64,000 nucleotides of DNA. It comes from Tubulanus polymorphus. Lineage: Eukaryota > Animalia > Nemertea. Both the position numbers and the translations under genes were made by a program. Every line of letters begins with the position of its first letter. Position 1 is the first letter of the stretch. Shown one piece after another: positions 10,499-21,500 of this stretch. The stretch lies in assembly GCF_964204645.1 (NCBI RefSeq), contig NW_027437433.1, positions 1 through 64,000 on the forward strand, read 5' to 3'. A model generated the notes under the pieces. That model was not told where the DNA came from and searched no databases. It was given only the letters and a program-made list of their open reading frames with translations.

Positions 10499-12588
10499 TA
10501 CCAAGAATTTTGTTCCCTTATGATATTGAATGGTGTGAAATTGAAGTGTCCCTAATGATATATCTTTATTTAAGTTCAACTAACTTACCCAGTTAGTGAT
10601 GATAGTTGAATAATTAACAAAATAATAGTTGGAATATCGTTTAGGACAAATTAGGATTTTACCGGGTAAGTTTTTTCCTAATAGGCTACCTTTTTGAAGA
10701 GCATGCATCCTGAGATACGAATAAAAAAATTCGTTTGACGCTAAATGCAGAGTTTTCACGGTAGAACATATTTGGACATCAATTAATCACGTGAAGGGGA
10801 TGAAATGACAATTTGTCACTGCTGAGCTTATTTTCCTTCACTGAACTTTTCTAAGTTTTTTCAATATTCTCTAATCCGACATTATATACGCTGCGTACTA
10901 ACTGTACACAATTTCGGGTTTGGGTTGTTTTTGAAAAAAAACAGATTCCCAGAAAATTGTAATTTTTGCGTTCTTGAAAACGGTCAATATGTTATAGCAG
11001 GTTAATGTATAAAACCGCATAGAATAGCTACAATAAACAAAATGTATCCAGGAAAATATATATTTCAGAACACGATCGATTTCACTGAATTTAGCCTCAT
11101 CATGTAGGATAAAATGAACTTTGTTGATATTGTGATTGTGCTCTCGTTAGCTGTCGCATAGCTTATTCGAATCGCTATCGAAAGTAACAAAACAATGGTC
11201 ACATGTGTCAATGAACTTATCGCTATTCGAAGTAATGGGCGTATTGAAAAATTTCTCAAGCACTTCGAATTTCCGATTGCTTAATCGCCAAATTTGCATT
11301 CGAAATATTAAGCCGATCTATTCTAATTCATACCTGGTCGTGTTATAAACAAGCGTTTAGTTTGTACTTTAAAATAAAATGAAATAGATTGATTGATGAA
11401 ATACAAAACAAGTCAAACAAACCAACTAACTGACTACCGCTGAGTTATTTATATTTGATGAAAGAACATATTCTAGTTACTGACATTGGCTCGAACCTTG
11501 ATTATTGTCTAAGTTGTACTATAACTAAGTATGCCAATGGATGTGTACATGCCCCTCTCTGATTGGCTAGAATCCTTGCATTCGATAGAAACTGACGGCA
11601 TCAGTGAACTAACGGGGAAATTAGAATTGTATGTTTGACCACGTATTTTTCGTTTTTGAGTCCATGGTTTTGGCTCTGGTTTTATCGTGAGTTTGATTGA
11701 CGTACATTGTAGAGAACAATGGTTGGGATTCGAATAACGTGCATCTTTTATTCAGAAAGAGTATCATTACGTATATACATGTAGAAGTTAATACAATAAC
11801 TTAATTCAGAATTATCTCATCACGCAGAACCAGTGAAATAGCCGTTGTAAAGCCGCAAAGTACATTGAATGAAATTGACATAGTGTCAACGTCTTACGGT
11901 CAACAAATGAAACATATTGTACAATAATGAACGAATCAATGAGTAGTGCTCACGCATTTGTTTCCATTTCATAAGAATCAATTTCAAACAGATGAATCAG
12001 ATTCGAATTTTTGCTTCTTCGTTATGCGAAGTTTTTTTTTTTTATACCAGGGACTCTTAAACGATTTAGGTTTTAGAGTCCATGGTTATATGAATATCTT
12101 ATGATTTCTCAACTTTCATCAAATACTTAGGAATGCCATTGAAAGATTTTCAAACCATTGAACGTTTGGGTAAAAGTTCTGCTAAATTTGACTACCATCG
12201 GCTTTTTAGATAATCTCCACGAAGGTCAAAATTTTAGTGATTTGACCTTGGGAGGTTTAAACCTCCCGAATCCAATTTGCGAAATATCTTCTCTTTGTCG
12301 GCGGTAATGAAAGAATACATAGAGCGAAGTTTCTATAGTGCGCCGGCCGCATTTTGTTCACGAATAGCTTACGTAATAAATTGAAAGTGGAGATAACAAG
12401 AGGATATAGCGCTCTATGGCCCACTCTCAATTCATAAACTGGTCCGCAAATAAAGTGTTTAGAAGTATAATTGACACGTTTGTACGATTTTGCGCTGTTT
12501 ATTTATCATTTTTCAGGACTCAAGGACCAATAATTGGCAAAATTTTTGATACAAACTGAGAAAGTATCAAAACATTTGGGAACGTGTT

Positions 12589-15500
12589 GTAGATGGGCTG
12601 AAAGATACAGATTTTTCTAGCTTAATATGGTCCTAAAGATGATGAATTCTATCTTAATCGATGGGTTAGGGTGTACTGAACTGATTTTCAATAGATTGGC
12701 AGAAAGAATCAGAATTTTCTGGATGCTTTTGGTTCTGGAAGAAGATGGATTAAATCTCAAAAGATGGGTTAAGGCGTATTGAACTGATTTCAAATAGATA
12801 GGTTGAAAGAATCAGATTTTTCTGGATGCTTTTGGTTCTGGAAGAAGATGGATTAAATCTCAAAAGATGGGTTAAGGCGTATTGAACTGATTTCAAATAG
12901 ATAGGTTGAAAGAATCAGAATTTCTGGCTGCTTTTGGTTCTGAAGAAGATGGATTAAATCTGAAAAGATGGGTTAAGGCGTATTGAACTGATTTAAAATA
13001 GATTGGTGGAAAGAATCAGAATTTTCTGGCTGCTTTTGGTTCTGAAGATGATGGATTCAATCTGAAAAGATGGGTTAAGGCGTATTGAACTGATTTCAAA
13101 TAGATAGGTGGAAAGATACAGATTTTTCTTGCTAAATATGGTTCTAAAGATGATGAATTCTATCTTAATTGATGGGTTTGGGTGTATTGAACTGATTTCA
13201 AATAGATAGGTGGAAAGAATCAGAATTTCCTGGCTGCTTTTGGTTCTGAAGATGATGGATTCAATCTGAAAAGATGGGGTAAGGCGTATTGAACTGATTT
13301 CAAATAGATAGGTGGAAAGAAACCGAATTTTCTGGCTGCTTTTGTTTCTAAAGATGATGGATCAATGTGAAAAGATGGGTTAAGGCGTATTGAACTGATT
13401 TCAAATAGATAGGTGGAAAGAATCAGAATTTTCTGGCTGCATTTGGTTCTGAAGATGTTAGACTCGATCTGAAATGATAGGTTAAGGTAAACTGAACTTA
13501 TTTCGAGTAGATGGGTTGAAAGATACAGATTTTTCTAGCTAAATATGGTTCTAAAGATGATGAATTCTATCTTAATTGATGGGTTAGGATGTACAGAACT
13601 GATTTTTAATAGATTGGTTGAAAGATTAAGAATTTTCTGACTACTTATGCTTCTGAAGTTGATGGATTCAATCTGAAAAGATGAGTTAAGGCGTATTGAA
13701 CTGATTTAAAATAGATAGGTTGAAAGAATCAGAATTTTCTGGCTGCATTTGGTTCTGAAGATGATAGACTCGATCCGAAATGATAGGTTAAGGTAAACTG
13801 AACTTATTTCGAGTAGATGGGTTGAAAGATACAGATTTTTCTAGCTAAATATGGTTCTAAAGATGATGAATTCTATCTTAATTGATGGGTTTGGGTGTAT
13901 TGAACTGATTTCAAAGAGATAGGTGAAAAGAATAAGAATTTTCTGGCTGCTTTTGGTTCTGAAGATGATGGATTCAATCTGAAAAGATGGGTTAAGGCGC
14001 ATTGAACTGATTTAGAATAGATAGGTGGAAAGAATCAGAATTTTCTGGCTGCTTTCGGTTCTGAAGATGATGGATTCAATCTGAAAAGATGGGTTAAGGC
14101 GTATTGAACTGATTTCAAATAGATAGGTGGAAAGATTCAGAATTTTCTTGCTACTTATGCTTCTGAAATTGATGGATTCAATCTGAAAAGATGAGTAAAG
14201 GCGTATTGAACTGATTTCAAATAGATAGGTTGAAAGAATCAGAATTTTCTGGCTGCTTTTGGTTCTGAAGATGATAGACTCGATCCGAAATGATAGGTTA
14301 AGGTAAACTGAACTTATTTCGAGTAGATGGGTTGAAAGATACAGATTTTTCTAGCTAAATATGGTTCTAAAGATGATGAATTCTATCTTAATTGATGGGT
14401 TAGGATGTACTGCACTGATTTCAAATATATAGGTGGAAAGAATAAGAATTTTCTGGCTGCTTTTGGTTCTGAAGATGATGGATTCAATCTGAAAAGATGA
14501 GTAAAGGCGTATTGAACTGATTTCAAATAGATAGGTGGAAAGAAACAGAATTTTCTGGCTGCTTTTGGTTCTAAAGATGATGGATTCAATCTGAAAAGAT
14601 GAGTAAAGGCGTATTGAACTGATTTCAAATAGATAGGTGGAAAGAAACAGAATTTTCTGGCTGCTTTTGGTTCTAAAGATGGATTCAATCTGAAAAGATG
14701 AGTAAAGGCGTATTGAACTGATTTAAAATAGATAGGTGGAAAGAATCAGAATTTTCTGGCTGCATTTGGTTCTGAAGATGATAGACTCGATCCGAAATGA
14801 TAGGTTAAGGTAAACTGAACTTATTTCGAGTAGATGGGTTGAAAGATACAGATTTTTCTAGCTAAATATGGTTCTAAAGATGATGAATTCTATCTTAATT
14901 GATGGGTTTGGGTGTATTGAACTGATATCAAATAGATAGGTGGAAAGAATAAGAATTTTCTGGCTGCTTTTGGTTCTGAAGATGATGGATTCAATCTGAA
15001 AAGATGAGTAAAGGCGTATTGAACTGATTTCAAATAGATAGGTGGAAAGAAACAGAATTTTCTGGCTGCTTTTGGTTCTAAAGATGATGGATTCAATCTG
15101 AAAAGATGAGTAAAGGCGTATTGAACTGATTTCAAATAGATAGGTGGAAAGAAACAGAATTTTCTGGCTGCTTTTGGTTCTAAAGATGATGGATTCAATC
15201 TGAAAAGATGGGTTAAGGCTTATTGAACTGATTTAAAATAGATAGGTGGAAAGAATCAGAATTTCCTGGCTGCTTTTGGTTCTGAAGATGATGGATTCAA
15301 TCTGAAAAGATGGGTTAAGGCGTATTGAACTGATTTCAAATAGATAGGTGGAAAGAAACCGAATTTTCTGGTTGCTTTTGTTTCTAAAGATGATGGATCA
15401 ATGTGAAAAGATGGGTTAAGGCGTATTGAACTGATTTCAAATAGATAGGTGGAAAGAAACCGGATTTTCTGGCTGCTTTTGGTTCTAAAGATGATGGATT

Positions 15501-18500
15501 CAATCTGAAAAGATCGGTTAAGGCTTATTGAACTGATTTCAAATAGATAGGTGGAAAGAATCAGAATTTTCTGGCTGCATTTGGTTCTGAAGATGATAGA
15601 CTCGATCCGAAATGATAGGTTAAGGTAAACTGAACTTATTTCGAGTAGATGGGTTGAAAGATACAGATTTTTCTAGCTAAATATGGTTCTAAAGATGATG
15701 AATTATAACTTAATTGATGGGTTTGGGTATATTGAACTGATATCAAATAGATAGGTGGAAAGAATAAGAATTTTCTGGCTGCTTTTGGTTCTGAAGATGA
15801 TGGATTCAATCTGAAAAGATGAGTAAAGGCGTATTGAACTGATTTCAAATAGATAGGTGGAAAGAAACAGAATTTTCTGGCTGCTTTTGGTTCTGAAGAT
15901 GATGGATTCAATCTGAAAAGATGAGTAAAGGCGTATTGAACTGATTTCAAATAGATAGGTGGAAAGAAACAGAATTTTCTGGCTGCTTTTGGTTCAAAAG
16001 ATGATGGATTCAATCTGAAAAGATGAGTAAAGGCGTATTGAACTGATTTCAAATAGATAGGTGGAAAGAAACAGAATTTTCTGGCTGCTTTTGGTTATAA
16101 AGATGATGGATTCAATCTGAAAAGATGGGTTAAGGCTTATTGAACTGATTTAAAATAGATAGGTGGAAAGAATCAGAATTTTCTGGCTGCATTTGGTTCT
16201 GAAGATGATAGACTCGATCCGAAATGATAGGTTAAGGTAAACTGAACTTATTTCGAGTAGATGGGTTGAAAGATACAGATTTTTCTAGCTAAATATGGTT
16301 CTAAAGATGATGAATTATAACTTAATTGATGGGTTTGGGTGTATTGAACTGATATCAAATAGATAGGTGGAAAGAATAAGAATTTTCTGGCTGCTTTTGG
16401 TTCTGAAGATGATGGATTCAATCTGAAAAGATGAGTAAAGGCGTATTGAACTGATTTCAAATAGATAGGTGGAAAGAAACAGAATTTTCTGGCTGCTTTT
16501 GGTTCTAAAGATGATGGATTCAATCTGAAAAGATGAGTAAAGGCGTATTGAACTGATTTCAAATAGATAGGTGGAAAGAAACAGAATTTTCTGGCTGCTT
16601 TTGGTTCTAAAGATGATGGATTCAATCTGAAAAGATGAGTAAAGGCGTATTGAACTGATTTCAAATAGATAGGTGGAAAGAAACCGAATTTTCTGGTTGC
16701 TTTTGTTTCTAAAGATGATGGATCAATGTGAAAAGATGGGTTAAGGCGTATTGAACTGATTTCAAATAGATAGGTGGAAAGAAACCGAATTTTCTGGCTG
16801 CTTTTGGTTCTAAAGATGATGGATTCAATCTGAAAAGATGGGTTAAGGCTTATTGAACTGATTTCAAATAGATAGGTGGAAAGAATCAGAATTTTCTGGC
16901 TGCATTTGGTTCTGAAGATGATAGACTCGATCCGAAATGATAGGTTAAGGTAAACTGAACTTATTTCGAGTAGATGGGTTGAAAGATACAGATTTTTCTA
17001 GCTAAATATGGTTCTAAAGATGATGAATTATAACTTAATTGATGGGTTTGGGTGTATTGAACTGATATCAAATAGATAGGTGGAAAGAATAAGAATTTTC
17101 TGGCTGCTTTTGGTTCTGAAGATGATGGATTCAATCTGAAAAGATGAGTAAAGGCGTATTGAACTGATTTCAAATAGATAGGTGGAAAGAAACAGAATTT
17201 TCTGGCTGCTTTTGGTTCTGAAGATGATGGATTCAATCTGAAAAGATGAGTAAAGGCGTATTGAACTGATTTCAAATAGATAGGTGGAAAGAAACAGAAT
17301 TTTCTGGCTGCTTTTGGTTCAAAAGATGATGGATTCAATCTGAAAAGATGAGTAAAGGCGTATTGAACTGATTTCAAATAGATAGGTGGAAAGAAACAGA
17401 ATTTTCTGGCTGCTTTTGGTTCTAAAGATGATGGATTCAATCTGAAAAGATGAGTAAAGGCGTATTGAACTGATTTCAAATAGATAGGTGGAAAGAAACA
17501 GAATTTTCTGGCTGCTTTTGGTTCTAAAGATGATGGATTCAATCTGAAAAGATGAGTAAAGGCGTATTGAACTGATTTAAAATAGATAGGTGGAAAGAAT
17601 CAGAATTTTCTGGCTGCATTTGGTTCTGAAGATGATAGACTCGATCCGAAATGATAGGTTAAGGTAAACTGAACTTATTTCGAGTAGATGGGTTGAAAGA
17701 TACAGATTTTTCTAGCTAAATATGGTTCTAAAGATGATGAATTCTATCTTAATTGATGGGTTTGGGTGTATTGAACTGATATCAAATAGATAGGTGGAAA
17801 GAATAAGAATTTTCTGGCTGCTTTTGGTTCTGAAGATGATGGGTTCAATCTGAAAAGATGAGTAAAGGCGTATTGAACTGATTTCAAATAGATAGGTGGA
17901 AAGAAACAGAATTTTCTGGCTGCTTTTGGTTCTAAAGATGATGGATTCAATCTGAAAAGATGAGTAAAGGCGTATTGAACTGATTTAAAATAGATAGGTG
18001 GAAAGAATCAGAATTTTCTGGCTGCATTTGGTTCTGAAGATGATAGACTCGATCCGAAATGATAGGTTAAGGTAAACTGAACTTATTTCGAGTAGATGGG
18101 TTGAAAGATACAGATTTTTCTAGCTAAATATGGTTCTAAAGATGATGAATTCTATCTTAATTGATGGGTTTGGGTGTATTGAACTGATATCAAATAGATA
18201 GGTGGAAAGAATAAGAATTTTCTGGCTGCTTTTGGTTCTGAAGATGATGGATTCAATCTGAAAAGATGAGTAAAGGCGTATTGAACTGATTTCAAATAGA
18301 TAGGTGGAAAGAAACCGAATTTTCTGGCTGCTTTTGGTTCTAAAGATGATGGATCAATGTGAAAAGATGGGTTAAGGCGTATTGAACTGATTTCAAATAG
18401 ATAGGTGGAAAGAAACAGAATTTTCTGGCTGCTTTTGGTTATAAAGATGATGGATTCAATCTGAAAAGATGGGTTAAGGCTTATTGAACTGATTTAAAAT

Positions 18501-21500
18501 AGATAGGTGGAAAGAATCAGAATTTTCTGGCTGCATTTGGTTCTGAAGATGATAGACTCGATCCGAAATGATAGGTTAAGGTAAACTGAACTTATTTCGA
18601 GTAGATGGGTTGAAAGATACAGATTTTTCTAGCTAAATATGGTTCTAAAGATGATGAATTATAACTTAATTGATGGGTTTGGGTGTATTGAACTGATATC
18701 AAATAGATAGGTGGAAAGAATAAGAATTTTCTGCCTGCTTTTGGTTCTGAAGATGATGGATTCAATCTGAAAAGATGAGTAAAGGCGTATTGAACTGATT
18801 TCAAATAGATAGGTGGAAAGAAACAGAATTTTCTGGCTGCTTTTGGTTCTAAAGATGATGGATTCAATCTGAAAAGATGAGTAAAGGCGTATTGAACTGA
18901 TTTCAAATAGATAGGTGGAAAGAAACAGAATTTTCTGGCTGCTTTTGGTTCTAAAGATGATGGATTCAATCTGAAAAGATGAGTAAAGGTGTATTGAACT
19001 GATTTAAAATAGATAGGTGGAAAGAATCAGAATTTTCTGGCTGCATTTGGTTCTGAAGATGATAGACTCGATCCGAAATGATAGGTTAAGGTAAACTGAA
19101 CTTATTTCGAGTAGATGGGTTGAAAGATACAGATTTTTCTAGCTAAATATGGTTCTAAAGATGATGAATTCTATCTTTATTGATGGGTTTGGGTGTATTG
19201 AACTGATATCAAATAGATAGGTGGAAAGAATAAGAATTTTCTGGCTGCTTTTGGTTCTGAAGATGATGGATTCAATCTGAAAAGATGGGTTAAGGCTTAT
19301 TGAACTGATTTCAAATAGATAGGTGGAAAGAAACAGAATTTTCTGGCTGCTTTTGGTTCTAAAGATGATGGATTCAATCTGAAAAGATGAGTAAAGGCGT
19401 ATTGAACTGATTTAAAATAGATAGGTGGAAAGAATCAGAATTTTCTGGCTGCATTTGGTTCTGAAGATGATGGATTCAATCTGAAAAGATGGGTTAAGGC
19501 TTATTGAACTGATTTAAAATAGATAGGTGGAAAGAATCAGAATTTTCTGGCTGCTTTTGGTTCTGAAGATGATGGATTCAATCTGAAAAGATGGGTTAAG
19601 GCGTATTGAACTGATTTCAAATAGATAGGTGGAAAGAAACAGAATTTTCTGGCTCCTTTTGGTTCTAAAGATGATGGATTCAATCTGAAAAGATGAGTAA
19701 AGGCGTATTGAACTGATTTCAAATAGATAGGTGGAAAGAAACAGAATTTTCTGGCTGCTTTTGGTTCTAAAGATGATGGATTCAATCTGAAAAGATGAGT
19801 AAAGGCGTATTGAACTGATTTAAAATAGATAGGTGGAAAGAATCAGAATTTTCTGGCTGCATTTGGTTCTGAAGATGATAGACTCGATCCGAAATGATAG
19901 GTTAAGGTAAACTCAACTTATTTCGAGTAGATGGGTTGAAAGATACAGATTTTTCTAGCTAAATATGGTTCTAAAGATGATGAATTCTATCTTAATTGAT
20001 GGGTTTGGGTGTATTGAACTGATATCAAATAGATAGGTGGAAAGAATAAGAATTTTCTGGCTGCTTTTGGTTCTGAAGATGATGGATTCAATCTGAAAAG
20101 ATGAGTAAAGGCGTATTGAACTGATTTCAAATAGATAGGTGGAAAGAAACAGAATTTTCTGGCTGCTTTTGGTTCAAAAGATGATGGATTCAATCTGAAA
20201 AGATGAGTAAAGGCGTATTGAACTGATTTCAAATAGATAGGTGGAAAGAAACAGAATTTTCTGGCTGCTTTTGGTTCTAAAGATGATGGATTCAATCTGA
20301 AAAGATGGGTTAAGGCTTATTGAACTGATTTCAAATAGATAGGTGGAAAGAAACAGAATTTTCTGGCTGCATTTGGTTCTGAAGATGATAGACTCGATCC
20401 GAAATGATAGGTTAAGGTAAACTGAACTTATTTCGAGTAGATGGGTTGAAAGATACAGATTTTTCTAGCTAAATATGGTTCTAAAGATGATGAATTATAA
20501 CTTAATTGATGGGTTTGGGTGTATTGAACTGATATCAAATAGATAGGTGGAAAGAATAAGAATTTTCTGCCTGCTTTTGGTTCTGAAGATGATGGATTCA
20601 ATCTGAAAAGATGAGTAAAGGCGTATTGAACTGATTTCAAATAGATAGGTGGAAAGAAACAGAATTTTCTGGCTGCTTTTGGTTCTAAAGATGATGGATT
20701 CAATCTGAAAAGATGAGTAAAGGCGTATTGAACTGATTTCAAATAGATAGGTGGAAAGAAACAGAATTTTCTGGCTGCTTTTGGTTCTAAAGATGATGGA
20801 TTCAATCTGAAAAGATGAGTAAAGGTGTATTGAACTGATTTAAAATAGATAGGTGGAAAGAATCAGAATTTTCTGGCTGCATTTGGTTCTGAAGATGATA
20901 GACTCGATCCGAAATGATAGGTTAAGGTAAACTGAACTTATTTCGAGTAGATGGGTTGAAAGATACAGATTTTTCTAGCTAAATATGGTTCTAAAGATGA
21001 TGAATTCTATCTTTATTGATGGGTTTGGGTGTATTGAACTGATATCAAATAGATAGGTGGAAAGAATAAGAATTTTCTGGCTGCTTTTGGTTCTGAAGAT
21101 GATGGATTCAATCTGAAAAGATGGGTTAAGGCTTATTGAACTGATTTCAAATAGATAGGTGGAAAGAAACAGAATTTTCTGGCTGCTTTTGGTTCTAAAG
21201 ATGATGGATTCAATCTGAAAAGATGAGTAAAGGCGTATTGAACTGATTTAAAATAGATAGGTGGAAAGAATCAGAATTTTCTGGCTGCATTTGGTTCTGA
21301 AGATGATGGATTCAATCTGAAAAGATGGGTTAAGGCTTATTGAACTGATTTAAAATAGATAGGTGGAAAGAATCAGAATTTTCTGGCTGCTTTTGGTTCT
21401 GAAGATGATGGATTCAATCTGAAAAGATGGGTTAGGGCGTATTGAACTGATTTAAAATAGATAGGTTGAAAGAATCAGAATTTTCTGGCTGCTTTTGGTT

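Larger units (their letters stand above)
7341..12588. mobile_element. 5248-bp non-autonomous TIR DNA transposon inserted into the satellite
   Basis: The terminal 47 bp are 45/47 identical in inverted orientation (AACRCGTTCYCAAATGTTTTGATACTTTCTCAGTTTGTATCAAAAAT). Imperfect inverted similarity extends ~270 bp (7341-7612 vs 12324-12588). GTAG is duplicated at 7337-7340 and 12589-12592, and the flanks rejoin into the satellite B-C junction. No transposase ORF. Confidence 0.85.

Noticed and set aside
2045-11259. Remaining short ORFs (60-108 aa) in the flank
   Set aside because: No recognisable domains; several overlap repeats, MITE ends or low-complexity sequence.
7341-12588. Reading the two 270-bp arms as ends of two separate satellite-carrying elements
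   Set aside because: Less parsimonious: arm identity is highest at the satellite junctions, and the flanks rejoin in exact monomer phase with a duplicated GTAG. It cannot be fully excluded without seeing the far end of the array.
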